64,000 nucleotides of DNA from the NCBI RefSeq assembly GCF_018350175.1, contig NC_058379.1, forward strand, positions 94,116,001-94,180,000. Reading direction: 5' to 3'. Of the stretch, positions 1-13,489 are shown piece after piece. The position numbers were made by a program, and so were the translations under genes. Within the stretch, counting starts at the first letter, position 1, and each line of letters opens with the position of its first letter. The notes under the pieces are model-generated. The model worked only from the letters and a program-made list of their open reading frames with translations. It was not told where the DNA came from and did not search any database. The stretch comes from Felis catus (taxonomy: Eukaryota).

Positions 1-767
1 CTTATCCGGCCTCCACACCCACCCACCCTCCGGAGCAACTTTCCTCACTATCTGTGCTCACAGAGGGTCCAGGCGCCACCAAGTAGAAAGGAAAGTTCCA
101 GACCTTTTTAGTCTTAGAATGAGGCTCCAAGATCTCATTTCATTTCCTCTAAAAACTCCCCCTCCCAAACATGTCTCGCTTTAGCAACTGTTAAAATTAA
201 TTTCCGGTTCCTTACCCGAATGCAAATGATAATAAGAGGAAGCTGGGCTGGGAGTGGCAAGAAAAAATAGTCTCTTAAGTATTATCCAGAAAGTTGCCTT
301 TCCTATTAAAACAAAACAAAACAAAACCGTACACACAACAGAAAGGCTGAGGGGACCACCGTCCCTGTACATGACCCCTGAATGCTCTTTCCTGACAGGC
401 TGTGATGTCCCCTTCCTACAGCTCATCACTTTTTCTTCATCTTAATCACTTACTCATCCTTGTTTTCTCTTTCCCACTCCCATGCAAATTCTAAGGACAG
501 GGACCCAGGTCTAGGACCTTATCCAGCACACAGAAGTCCGTGGGAAAATATTTGACAACGTAAGAAGGACAGAAAATGAAGACGCGGACGTGAGACTACA
601 GTAAGTTTCTCCACTCCAATCCCACCATTTTCCCCGGGGAACAGTCCCGCCCACTTCACCAGCTCCCTCCTAGGAAGTACAGCCGCCTGCACCACCACCC
701 CACTCCGAAACCCCAAAAAGAGAAAGCCATCACCCTGGAAGTACCCCCACAGAAAGCTCCCAACTTA

Positions 768-1181
<414 letters not shown>

Positions 1182-1370
1182 TCACGGCGGCGGCACCACC
1201 CCCTCCTCAGACACCGGCGCCTCCGGGAGCCCTGCGCACGCGAACCGGCACCCGCGGGGGGAAAGAGGCGCGGGGCGCACGGCGGTGGACGCGGGCCTGG
1301 GAAGCACGCTCAGTCCGGGGGCGGGCGATGGCTGCGTCCCAGCGGGAACACGCGGCCGGGGTGGGGCGGA

Positions 1371-1578
1371 GCGCGCTCAGTCCCGGGGGCGCGCTCAGCC
1401 CCGGTAGGGCGCTCAGTCCTGGGGGCGCGCTCAGTCCTGGGGACGCGCTCAGCCCTGGTGGGGCGCTCGGCCCCGGGGGCGCGCTCAGCCCTGGGGACGC
1501 GCTCGGCCCCGGGGCGCGCTCAGCCCTGCGGTCGCGCTCGGCCCCGGGGGCGCGCTCAGGCCCGGGGGGCGCGCTCAG
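1371..1578. repeat. GC-rich minisatellite, about 12 copies of an ~18-bp unit (cgcgctcagccccggggg-like)
   Basis: Twelve successive gcgctc(a/g)g cores separated by C-run/G-run spacers. Confidence 0.9.
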
Positions 1579-1747
1579 CAGGAGAGTGGGGTGGCTCGGT
1601 CTGGGGTGGGACGCACGGCCCGGGGGTGGGGAGACACACTCAGTCCTGGGACCCACCGCCCGCCCCGAGCCCCGAGCCAGGGGAGGGCGGTCCCCGCGCC
1701 GCGCCCGCGTCCACACGCGGCCTGCGGATCCGGGGCCCGGCCCTTAC

Positions 1748-1850
1748 CCTCCGCGCCCGCACCCGCACCCGCGCCCGCGCCGGCCCCGCCCGGTCTGTTC
1801 TGCGTGCACCTTCCGTCTGTCCGTCCCAGCGCCGCAGCCCCGCCTCCGAG
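1748..1850 (-). other. SLC66A2: Probable non-coding exon 1 of SLC66A2
   Basis: Minus-strand donor GAGG|GTAAGG at 1748/1747 lies downstream of the CRE/GC-box cluster. The TSS position is a guess. Confidence 0.5.
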
Positions 1851-3640
1851 TGACGTCACAATGCAGGGGACCCGCCCACCCAGGAGGCAGGCGGAGAGGC
1901 GCTGGGTCCTAGAGCGCACCTGTCTGTCAGGGAGGGGTCGGAGCTAGACCGAGAACGAAGTCGTGGGTTGGGGGTCGCCGCGGCGAAGCTGCTCCGCCGG
2001 CCCGGCCCGCCCCTCCCCGCTTAGGAAACACCTGCGTGGCGAGACCGCGCCTCGAGAGCCAGGGACGCACCAGACGCGTCACCCGACCTGTGCCTGGGCG
2101 AGGGGCCGTGTGGACGCGGTGCGCCGCCACGGAGAGCAGAGGACAGGGTGCCTTCCACGGCCGAGGTCTGCGCGAGGCCTGGGGACCCCCCTCGTGGGGG
2201 CCTGGGTTGGGTCTGCCCTCCCCCCGCCCCCGGTGATGCCGGCGGTCCCTCCACACCTTCGTTTTCCGACGACCTGGGGAGTCGGGGGGGGGGGGGGGGG
2301 GGCTGCCGGTCCCGATGCGGGCGGGGCCCTGAGGAGCAGGGTGCAGAAGTGAGCCGTGTCAGGAACCTCACCTGGTCTCCGGTGAGGCGGAAACAGGCCC
2401 ACCGTGTGCCCGAAGCCTCCGCAGGCCCGCCTTCCGCTCCCACCGCAGGTACCCCAGGCCCAGGGCGGCAGGCAGCCGGGACTGCTGGTCGGGGCGCAGT
2501 CTCTCAGACACATCGTGACCGAAGGACCGAAGGACGTGCTGGACATGCCGCTCCCTGACTTGCCAAGTGCTTCCCAGCCTCAGCCCATTCACAAAGCTCT
2601 TCCCCGACCGAGGTGAGCCCCCAGGGGCCCTAGCAGGTGCACCGCGCCTGCATGCTGGCGGTCTGGGTGTGCATGGAGCCCTATGCCCGGTGGGATGGTG
2701 AGCCGTGAGGACCCTTGTGAGAAGCCAGCGAGCCCTGTGTGCCCAGACCTCTTGCAGGAGGGACTCAGGGCAGAGAACTGCAGGGCCTCGGGGTTCTGCT
2801 CCCATCTCAGTGCGGTGGGACCTGAAACACCCCAAAAGGGAAGGCCCGGTGGATGAGAGCAGGTGGCCCTGGGGGCACACACCTGGCCGGCCAGCTTTCC
2901 CGCCCGCAGGTCTGACCTGGTCTCCTGCTTCCTACCGGGAAGATTTTGTGAGAAATCATGGGAACAGCACGGACCTCACTGAGACTAAGTCCCAAACAAG
3001 CCTGGTGTGATGAGAAGGGCCTCCTTAAAGCACAGGGTCATGCTTACTTCCCCCCAGTGTCCCAGGCTGTTGTTAGGTTTTCTGAGTCACAGCTACTCAG
3101 AGGATCCACAGGGAACAACTGAGAACACAGCAGCAGGAATGTACAGGGAAATGAAAATACACACACACAGAGGGAAGTGGCGGCAAGACTGGGAGAAAAG
3201 AAGTAGGTGTTCCTACTTAACTGCCTCTCCTGAACTCTGCAGGCCCGAGAGCGTTCCACTCTGTGCTGGAGGCTGGGGTGGAGTGACAGACTCCCCTCCT
3301 ACTCTCACTGGATCACGTGGAGTCACGTCCACTGGTCCTGTTCATGCTGGCAAAGGTGGGCAGATTGCTTACCGGCCCCCAGCCGCCCACTCCCCTGGAT
3401 CCATCAGGGCGCGTCTCAGAGCCTGCTAAGTGGATACAATCCTGCGTTCTTGGCCCAGGACTTCACCCCGAAAGTGAGCTGATGACTGAGAGTGGGCTTG
3501 TAATCGTTTTAAACACCAACTGTCTGGAATCCGAGTGGCACTCTCTGGTCTAGAACCGTCGGTCGGCCAGGAGAAGGAAGGACAGCTCATCTGAGATGGT
3601 GAATGTGTTACATGACTTCCCGCAAACAAAAGAAGCCAAA

Positions 3641-4718
3641 TTGTGCTAGGCCAGAAAATGGCCCCCAAGTATATCACCCTAATCCCCAGAAACCTGTGAA
3701 TGTTACCTTATTTAAAAAGAAGAAGAAGAAGGAGAAGGAGAAGGACAAGAAATGCAGGGCATTGGCTGGCTCAGTTGGTGGAGTGTGTGACTCTTGATCT
3801 CAGGGTTGAGGAGTCTGAGCCCCATGTTGGGTGTAGAGATTACTAAAAAAATGAAACCTTTTAAAAAATAAAAATAAATAAAATTTTTTGAATATTTTTT
3901 AACATTTATTCATTTTTGAGACACACACACACACACACACACACACAGATCATGAGCAGGGGAGGGGCAGAGAGAGAGGGAGACACAGAATCGGAAGCAG
4001 GTTTCAGGCTCCCACCTGTCAGCACAGAGCCCGACGCGGGGCTCGAGCTCAAGAATCTCGAGATCATGACCTGAGCTGAAGTTGGACACTTAAACGACTG
4101 AGCCACCCAGGCATCCCAAAATAAACTATTTTTTAAAAATACAGATGTGATTACATTAAGGATCTTGAGACAGCAGGGCACCTGCATGGCTCAGTTGGTT
4201 AAGCATCTGACTCTTGATTTCAGCTCAGGTCACGGTGTCATGGTCCATGACATCAAGCATTATGTTGGGCTCTGTGCTGACAGCACGGAGCCTGCCTGGG
4301 ATTCTCTCTCTCCCTCTCTCTCTGCCCCTCCCCACTCATGCTCTCTCTCTCTCTCTCTCTCTCAAAATAAATAATTTTTTTTTTTTGCAAAAAGGATCTT
4401 GAGGTAGGGAGATCACCCTAGATTACCCAGGTGGGCTCTAAATGCCATTCCTGTGTCTCTACAAGAAGAAGGCGGGAGACAAGACAAAGGAGCAGAGGCC
4501 ACCACAGGCCAAGGGACACAGGCAGCTCACAGAGGCTGGAGGCACCGGAGGGACTGTCCCCAGGAGCCTCCGGAAGGAGCACAGCCCTGCCAGGACCCTG
4601 ACCTGGGCCTATAAAACGGATTTTGGACTTCCAGCCTTCAAACCTGCGAGAGAACACATGTCTGCTTTTTCCGCCAGGCAGTGTATGGTGACAGCCACCA
4701 CCGGAAGCGAATCTAGAA
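3641..4718 (+). mobile_element. MLT1-type (ERVL-MaLR) solo LTR interrupted by three CAN-SINEs
   Basis: MLT1-like motifs (aatggcccccaa...atccccagaaacctgtgaatgttacctta...gagatcaccctagattacccaggtggg...ttggacttccagcc) split by SINEs at about 3757-3885, 3893-4116 and 4176-4372. Confidence 0.7.
3893..4116 (-). mobile_element. CAN-SINE (SINEC_Fc-like) with an internal (CA)n microsatellite
   Basis: Reverse complement of the tRNA-derived head gggatgcctgggtggctcagtcg..., with the (CT)n/A tail. CA repeat at about 3922-3947. Confidence 0.85.
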
Positions 4719-6950
4719 GTCCCCAGGGAGTGACTAACAAGATGGTCGGCGTCAGGGGCAGAGAAGAGGCGGGGCCGCCCCCCTCCGCTGCTGTGCCTGC
4801 CCGCGTGTCCAGGAAACCTGCAAGGAGACAGATCGGAGGCTTCACTCAAGGAACTTGGGTTGTAAAGTTCCGGAACACGGACTTCCAGCGCCAGCCCCAG
4901 AGCACTTGGTGCTGGTCCCCCGATGACTCTCACCCCCACCCCGGCTTTCTTCGTCGACCCAGCCGTAGCCCTCGCCTGGTGGAGTGGGGCAAAGAACGTC
5001 TGTGTGCCCGTGCTCTGAGCTCAGCCTTTCCTTCGGGCAGCTCACCACCCGTGGCCGAGGCTGGGCCCACCACCGGCCTCTGTGTCCTCACCCTGCACTG
5101 GTGCCGAGTGGCCGAGCTCTAGCCAATGAGGGTAGGGGCACTGACTCACCCCACCTGCAGGCCTGACCCCTTGGGCCTCCACCGGACCCTCCTTGCTTGC
5201 CTTCACCTGCTGACCAGGTGCAAACAAGACAGTGGAGAATCCACTGGGATGTGGCCTAGGATGTGGCTCCCGGCTAGATGGGACGTGACGCTTGACTGAC
5301 AACGTGAGGCAGAGCCCCCATGTCGGACTGTGACATCGATGAGTTTCACTGGGCTCGACCACTGGAATCTGGGATTGTTCATCACAGATGAGCATTACTT
5401 CCCGTAACATACAATCGAATTCTGAAATGTCCACCACCTTACCACTTCCCAAATGGCATTTAACCACACTCGCACACACTGCACAAAGCCCCGGACTGAG
5501 GACTCCTAAAAACCCAGTTGAGCCCACTTCTAATCTTTCAAACCGACACCCATATTGTTACGTAAAGGAGCCACTGTGAGCCCTGCAGTGTCTGCCCAGC
5601 CCGACGTGGACCAAACGCAGCTCCCACCTGGTTGGCACCTCCCACTAAGACTCCACCAGCAGAGCAGCTCTGCAACTATTTTAAATTTCATAAACGATGG
5701 CTCTTTTTTTGTTAAGTTTGTTTCTTTTTGAGAAAGCCAGCATGAGTGGGGGAGGGGCAGACAGAGAATCCCAAGCAGGCTCCCCACCTGCCAGAGCAGA
5801 GCCCGCTGCTGGGCTCAAACCCACCAAACTGCGAGGTCATGACCTGAGCTGGAACCCAGAGTTTCGCCTAATGGACCAAGCCCTCCAGGCACCCCTAAAA
5901 GATGGCTCTTAAAATGCAGATCGCCTACGGGGAGGACAGAACCACACTCCAGCACCACAGACCTACTGCCTGTCCCGTTTCCCTGGGCCGTGGGAACGGT
6001 GGTCCGACCTTCCAGGCCTTCTCTGGCCTCTTCTGGACTCAGGAAAGGCCCCTGGCATCCAGAGGTCAAGGGTATTACCACCCTTCTCAGCCCTACTTCT
6101 GCCTTTGAGAGCCTTGCAAGGACCTGCTCAGCCATTGGGGCAGGAATGTCCAGGTGGCTGACAGATTGCTGAGACCCCACGCAGGAACATTGTTACCGCT
6201 TTAGTTTTGAACATCAAAATCATGAAAATAGATAAAAGGACAACAAAAGGGAGGAAATATTCAGAAAAACAGGAAAGAAAAGGGGTGGGCCCTAAGAGGT
6301 GCCCCGATCAGCTCCTGCTCATGAAGCTGCATGGCTTTTCCTGGTGAGAAGGCACTAACCCAGTCCAGGCAGAGCCACCAGCCCGTGACAAGTATTTCCC
6401 CTTTCCCCAAATCCGTGAGAACAGTAGCAGAAATGGAAAGTCCTCCTGCAGTGAGACCAGGAGAAAGCGGGAGCTCCGAGCTGCGGGGGTGTGGAGACAG
6501 GCCACCTGCACGGGCCATAGAGAGGAGGAAGTGAGGACCCAGGTCCAGAGAGAGCCAGGGGAACACCAGCTGCGTGGCATCTGAGCTGCAAGAATGAAAC
6601 CCCTAACTTGCAGCAGGGGAACAAGGTTGACAGGCTGCTGCTAGGAACATCCCAGAACTAGTCAACAAAGAGAAAATAGAAAACAACAGCCCAAAACAGT
6701 GTAGGAGATCTTCGTGAATCCTACTTCGGAAGCATCTGTGAGCCTCACTGGGGAGGAGAGCAGAGGTGCCCGGTGACGCCCCACGGGGCTCAGGCCAGAG
6801 CCTGGTTTTCATGAAGCACCTGGGAGCTTGACAGCCACCACCGCCTTGTTGGGACCTCGCCACCTTTCTGATGCAAACCTAACTGTCCCGAGAGTGTGAC
6901 AGATCAGTGACCGGGCAGCAGAGGGTGTGTGTTGTTTTAAAATATCTTCA

Positions 6951-7150
6951 GGGGCGCCTGGGGGGCTCCCTCGGTTAAGCCTCCGACTTTGGATCAGGTC
7001 ACGATCTCCCGGTCCGTGGGTTTGAGCCCCACGTCAAGCTCTGTGCTGACAGTGGAAGCCTGGAGCCTGCTTCGGATTCGGTGTCTCCCTCTCCCTCTGC
7101 CCCTCTCCTGCTCATTCCCTGTCTCTCTCAAAAATAAATAAACACTAAAA
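6951..7150 (+). mobile_element. CAN-SINE
   Basis: ggggcgcctggggggctc...gagcctggagcctgcttcggattcggtgtctccctct...aaaataaataaac. Confidence 0.9.
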
Positions 7151-8446
7151 TAGGTGAAATATTTCAGAGAAACACATGCAATTCTTAAAATTTGTCAGAT
7201 GATGATAGTATATAAAGTGGAAGGGAGGGAGGGAAGGAGGGAAGTCTGGATGAAGTGTGCAGTGTAGCTGACAGCAGTGCCCCATGTCCTGGTGTCCTGG
7301 GTCCCTGGTGGTGACAGCGCCCTGTGGTTGTGGAAGACGTTTTTAGGGGAGGCTGGGTGAAGGACACGGGAACTGTCTACCCAACAAGGCACTCTCTGAG
7401 AAAGAGGCTGGGCTCAAGGGTGTAACTGCAGTTCGAAGAAACTAAACCTACGCGGGTGGGCAATCTGCTAGAGAAAAGCTCGAGAGAGTTCTACGGAACA
7501 ATTATACGTTTTTTCAAGGAATTATTTTATGAAACATTCAGAGAGAAAAATACCCATTACGAAATTAAACTGAGAGAAGACAGTCAGAATTTGACCGAAG
7601 CTAAAAAGGCCAGAATGAGCGGGTACAGTTACCCGCAGAAGCTGAGTCCAGACACGGGAGTGCGGAGCTCAAAGCACCGGTGAGCTCGTATCAGGAGTCC
7701 CAAGACTGGGGCACCCAGCTGGCTCAGTCAGTGGCGTATGTGACTCTGGATACTGGGGTCGTGAGTTTGCGCCCCATGTGAGGTGTAGAGATTACTTAAA
7801 AAAAAAAATTCTCAAAGACCTAGAAAGGGCTTTACTTACTTTTCAAAAAGTGAAATGGAAATTCTGCATCATTGGCTTGTCCTGCTGCCTGGCTGGAGGG
7901 TCATCAGCAGGAAGGATGAGAGAGAGAAGATGTACCAGGCTGTCTCGCGAGCAAAACTCTTCATTAAATAACTGGAATAGAGACCATTTCAAACAAAAAC
8001 TGGGTAATAAGATGGCAGCCACACATGAGACGAACAAATAAAGAAACTGTAACATGACTCTCATTTACGATCTTTGGCTAAGAATCCACTGGAAAATGAA
8101 TGTGAGATCTTGTACAAAAAAAAAAAAAAAAAGATGTCCCATGAGCTTATTTAGCAGAAATATGGGACTCTGCAAAGGGAGCTGTTTCGGGACATCAGAA
8201 TGGGACATCTGTACGGATGACAACAGAATGAGCCCAAGGCATTAGCAGCGAAGGAAACGAGAAGTCACAGAGCAGTCAAGAAAGGGAGGAAGGTGTGCGG
8301 AAGCCGACCGGTCCGTGCAGACTCCGTGTGACCGAGGGAAGCTCCCTGGGCCGGAAGAGCCCCTGCTGGGGAGAAGCAGCGCGCCCGGGGGAGACACGAC
8401 CAGAGCGAACCGAGGAAGCCAGTGCCTGTCCAAGCCAAGTACACGC

Positions 8447-8552
8447 GCACGCGTGCACACCACGCACGCGTGCACACCACGCACGCGTGCACACCACGCA
8501 CGCGTGCACACCACGCACGCGTGCACACCACGCACGCGTGCACACCACGCAC
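8447..8552. repeat. Perfect 17-bp tandem repeat (GCACGCGTGCACACCAC) x6 + 4 nt
   Basis: Identical units start at 8447, 8464, 8481, 8498, 8515 and 8532. Confidence 0.97.
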
Positions 8553-8609
8553 AAGGGGCTTTCTAGCCCTAGAAGCACGCGGTTTTGCTTATGAACCTTC
8601 CTTCCCCTT

Positions 8610-8890
8610 TTCTTTTTAAATTGAGGCACAATTCATGCGACACAGAATCGGCACTGTTAAAGCACACAGTTCGGTGGCAGCCAGCGCAGTCACGCTGCTC
8701 TGCCCGCACATTTCTGTCCAGTTCCCACACATTTCATCGCCACGAAGTAAAACCTCGCTCCTCCCCAAGCCCCTCCCTCCAGCCCCTGGAAACCACCAAT
8801 CTGCTCTCTGTTTCTGGGGATTTACCTTTTCTGGCTATTTCCTATGAACGGAATCATACGACATGTGACCTTTGGTATGTGGCCTCTCGC
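8610..8890 (-). mobile_element. Old L1 3' end fragment
   Basis: ttaaattgaggcacaattc...ggaaaccaccaatctgctctctgtttct...ggaatcatacgacatgtgacctttgg resembles the antisense L1M 3' UTR. Confidence 0.7.
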
Positions 8891-9638
8891 ATGGGGGTCA
8901 TGTGACCAATGAAACCTGCGGGAGCAGGAGGCCGGTCCGTCCCCCGCCGGCTGCCCAGGGAAGCCCAGCTCCAGCCCCCTGAGAGCCTCCCTCCTACTCG
9001 CCTTCCTGGGTGGGCTCCAGAAAAGCTTCAGGCAGCTTTAGTTTTCTGTTTTTATTCACACGCCTTAAAGTATTTTAAATCCTATGATCTTGGTCTGAGC
9101 AGTGACAAAAAGTAGCACAATTCTTACGTTTGCAAAACCATTCAGGAAAGGAAAATAAATTGAACTGAAGAGAATATTTTAATACAAATGCACATCGACT
9201 GGCTACCAAGTCCCCGAGACTCTTCCTTCTTACAGGTTTCTCTCCCTCCCTCCCACTCGGTGTGCTAGAGCCGTTCCTGGGGTCCCCGTGCTCTGCCTGG
9301 AACCGGCACCCCAGCCTCCCGGGAGCTGAACACGTGCCCTCCGGCCCCAGCCCGTGTGATTGCTTCCTTGGCTCTCCTCATTAAGACTGTGACTTGACGA
9401 ATTGCTCATCTGAAAGAAAAGAACTGTTTTCCTCAGGTTTGGGGTTTTGTTCCCAAGACACTTGTGACCCACGGACAGGGAGGAGGTACTTAAGGGGAGA
9501 GGGACTGATGGCCAAGAGCCAGGCCAAAGCTCCAGAGTTTCCACCTAAAGAGATTGATGGGAAGACACTGGTTTTTCTTTCTTAAGCTTACTTATTTTGA
9601 GAGATACAGGGAGTAAGTAAGGGAGGAGCAGAAAGAGA

Positions 9639-9678
<40 letters not shown>

Positions 9679-9915
9679 CTTGAGCAGGCTGTCAGAGCAG
9701 AGCCCAATGCAGGGCTCAAACCCACGAAACCCCGAGATCATGACCTGAACCGAAACCAAGAGTTGGACGCTTAACCGACTGAGTCCCCAGGTGCTTCGAC
9801 TAAGCCCCCAGGCACCCCGAGATGCTGAGTTTCCTGAGCACCGTGTCACCGTGTTTGATCCACAGAAACAGCAGAACTGATTTTATTTCTACTCTACACA
9901 GAATGCAACTTTTTA

Positions 9916-10125
9916 GGGGCGCCTGGGTGGCTCAGCCGGTTAAGCATCCGACTTCGGCCCAGGTCATGATCTCACGGTTCGGGGGTTCAGGCCCCGCATC
10001 CAGCTCCGTGCTGACAGCTGAGGGCCTGGAGCCTGCTTCGGATTCTGTGTCTCCCTCTCTCTCTGCCCCGCCCCCACTCATGCTCTGTCTCTCTCTCAAA
10101 AATAAATAAACATTCCAAAAAAAAA
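9916..10125 (+). mobile_element. CAN-SINE (head-to-head with a minus-strand copy at about 9580-9815)
   Basis: Canonical head, (CT)n and A-rich tail. Confidence 0.9.
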
Positions 10126-10899
10126 CCAAGAGTGCTACTTTTTTATTGTATTCTCCTCGGGGTGGCTTTTGAGAGGAGACTGCAGCCACACTGGTGGTGC
10201 CCAGTTCAGAATAAAAACCAGACACAAGGCTGGTCAAGGTGCGAAACGAGGAAGCCTTTGTCGGGGCCATTTGGAATTATGTATCGCACGCTTTTTAAGG
10301 TGCTTCTAACCTTGGAGAGGATTCAGGGAAGACGGCAGAGCAGGGCCCCCGGGAATCTCTCCCCCCAGATGACAACAGCAGGGACGGAACCTGTGTGATG
10401 GGACTGCTTTGGAAGTCTGGACTCTGCCCGAGGCCTGCCACGCGTCCGGGAGAAGTCGTCGATTTTGGTCCATTCCAGCTCGCAGCACAGCAGCACCTAC
10501 CCGTCCCGCGCCCCAGCCGTGTGGCAGGCAGCCGGGCACGTGTTTCTGGAGCAGCCCGCAGAAGCCAGGTGGACGAAAAGGACCCCGTCCCCCAAACGGC
10601 AGGAGGCCATGCTCTGACCACACAGGTGCGGACTCAGAGGCTGGCGGCCATTGCTGTCACCCCTCCAGTTCCAGCTCGAGTGACTTCAAGGGGATAAGTG
10701 CCCTCTTCTCCCCCTTTTGTTTTCCACTTTTCCCCTTTTGGGAGCCACACGTTAAAGACTAGGACATTGAAAAACAGCTGCCTATTTGGGGGAAGTTAGG
10801 AAGCGACGGCACATGTCCAAGGAAAGGCTCAGAAAAGACCGGGGAAGACATTAAATGGACACCTCAGGTTGACCCCCGGCACAGAGCCTGCAACCGAGA

Positions 10900-11285
10900 A
10901 AAGAACAATGACAATGAAACAGCAAACCCTGGGGAAGGGGGAGAATCTGATTTCCAGAGTAACCGCATCATGAGATTCGAATGTCCAGCGCTCAGCAAAT
11001 CACAAGGCACACAAAGAAACAGGGGACTTCGGCCCATTGAAAGGAAAAAGATAATTCAACAGAATCTGTCCCTAAAAAGGACCCGGTGTCAGATCTACTA
11101 GACAGACTTTAAAGCAACTGTCTTAAAGATGCTCAAAGAGCTGGAGAGTGACAAAGTCAAGAAGACAGTGTGTGAACTACTGACAACAAGAAAGAAAACC
11201 TAACACCAAAAGAAATTCTGGAGCTGAAATTACAGCACCTGAAATGAAAAATTCACCAGATAAATCAAAGGCGGATTTGAGCACA
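10900..11285 (+). mobile_element. Old L1M ORF1-region fragment
   Basis: aaccctggggaagggggagaatctgatttccagagt...gactttaaagcaactgtcttaaagatgctcaaagagct...gaaattctggagctgaaa resembles L1M ORF1 sequence. It has no intact frame. Confidence 0.65.
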
Positions 11286-13064
11286 CAAAGGAGACAATAT
11301 TTTGAAAATCTGTCCTGTTTCAAATTGTAGACAACTCACAGTGGCTCATTAGTCTGTATCCAAATCAGAGACAGTGAAGGTCTTTTTGCTTGGGGGGGCG
11401 GGGGCAGGGCTTAAACTCAATTCCTTCTCTCCTGTTTCCCAGGTCTTTGCTCACTCACAGTTTTTGCACACTTGGTCACACCCTGAAACCCTGGAGACTT
11501 TACAGCCACCCCAGGGGCACCCGGGGGCTTAGTCTGTTAAGCATCGACTCTTGGTTTCCACCCAGGTCATGATCTCAACGTTGTGGGATGGAGCCCCGGG
11601 TCAGGCTCTGAGCTGACGGTGCGGAGCCTGCTTAGGATTCTCTCTCTCCCTCTCTCTCTGCCCCTCCCCTGCTCACGCGCGTGCTCGATCTCTCTCTCAA
11701 AAAAAACCAAAAAACAAAAAACATTTAAAGCCACCCCAGAGCACTGACAAATAGGACAGTGCTGACTCTGGTCACCGTGCAGCCAGGTTTGAGAGCCACT
11801 CTTTTCAAATTCACACCCAGTGCAGGAAGTCCTCATGGCTGAGGAGAATTGCTTCCAGGAGAGGACACTTAAACAAAGGGGGCCAGATGGCACAGTAAAT
11901 AATTAGTGGATTACAAAATAGTGGATAATGTTGCATTAAAACATGAAAAAGTTATGAAACTAAAATAATTATAAACATTATTCAAAATTAGGAAAATGTT
12001 GCCACTATTTTAGAATAAAAAGCAAGAAACCTTCTACTCAAATCTGTGTATCCAAATCTGTACCCCGAAAGAACCCCTTTTCTAACAGATTTTATAAATG
12101 AGAATCTGCAAACATATCAAAGGTAGAGACGGGAGACCCATATCCCCCCCATATCCCGCATTCTGCATCGGTACCCGTAAAAGAGCCCTTTTAACGAACA
12201 CGAGACAGGGACGAAAGAGAGCACTCTGACCTGTCCTGACGCAGCAGCTGCAGGTGCCTGGGTCCGCAGCGTGCACAGGTGAGGCCCTGCGGTGAAGGCC
12301 CCACATGGAGCCGGGGGCACCTGAGCCTTCCCTGGCCTTGACGCTTCGGGCACAGAACTGCCTCTCACATTTGGTCAGACGGTGATGCTCTCATCTCTCA
12401 AAATTTCAGTTTCCAATTGAGATAAAGCTTTGCTTCCTTTTTAGCTTGTGCTCTGGTGGCCCACGTCCTCGGTTTCATAAATATGTTCTGCCGCCTCTTT
12501 TCTTTTCCGATCCATCTAGCCTTGGACCAGCGAGACGTCACCCACAGCATCTGATGTCTGCAGTTTCCTGGCACACTTGAGGGTTCTCATGTTGTGGATG
12601 CCCCACCTCAGCTACGTTAGAGGATTCTTCTCCCCAAACCTAGTTCCTTAAATGTAATATTCCTAAGGTGGGTTTCTATTAAGTGATGCTTGCCTCCATA
12701 TTAATGAATTTGTCTCACATGGATGCAGGAGTAAGACTTTGCTCCCTAACTAACCGGTATAGGCGAAAACCACCCGGGTGCTAGATGTAGAAGCACAGAT
12801 CCTATATCTCCGGCGGGAGGGGGGTGGTTCTCAGAGACGTTCTGAGTAGGTTCTCACTGGACCAGAGAGATTGCACTTCAGAAACATAAAACGTGTGTTT
12901 AAAAACACAAAGGCGAAAGAGAATCACAGGTTTCCCAGGTCCTGCAAAATTTTTTTTTTTTTTAAGTTGAAACTGTATGTTTTTTTGTTTGTTTGTTCAT
13001 TTTGGTCCTGGAATTGTTAGCCTAGAGTTTGAAGCTGGAAAAAATGTACTTTAAACAACTTTTT

Positions 13065-13480
13065 TTTTATTAAACTTTTTTTGAGAGAGAGAGCAGGGGA
13101 GGGGCAGAGAGAGAGAGAGAAAGAGAAAAAATCCCATGCAGGCTCTACAATCAGCACAGAGCCGATGCAGGGCTCAATCCCACGATATTGGGATCATGAT
13201 CTAAGCTGAAATCAAAGGTCAGATGCTGGGGCGCCTGGGTGGCTCAGTCGGTTAAGCAGCCGACCTTGGCTCAGGTCATGATCTCGCGGTCCGTGAGTTC
13301 GAGCCCCGCGTCAGGCTCTGTGCTGACAGCTCAGAGCCTGGAGCCTGTTTCGGATTCTGTGTCTCCCTCTCTCTGACCCTCCCCCATTCATGCTCTGTCT
13401 CTCTCTGTCTCAAAAATAAACGTTAAAAAAAAAATTTAAAAAAAAATCAGATGCTTAACCCACTGAGCCCCCAGGCACCC
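13065..13480. mobile_element. Nested CAN-SINEs: a young plus-strand copy (13228-~13445) inside an older minus-strand copy
   Basis: The inner element is flanked by a duplicated tcagatgct target. Confidence 0.85.
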
Positions 13481-13489
13481 CCCCACCCC

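Noticed and set aside
2284-2302. G19 homopolymer
   Set aside because: The length is unreliable in assemblies, and there is no further supporting structure.
6951-7030. tRNA-like A/B-box heads, here and in dozens of other copies
   Set aside because: They are CAN-SINE heads followed by (CT)n and A tails, not tRNA genes. The recurring MAQSVGRPTSAQVMISR-type ORFs are SINE translations.
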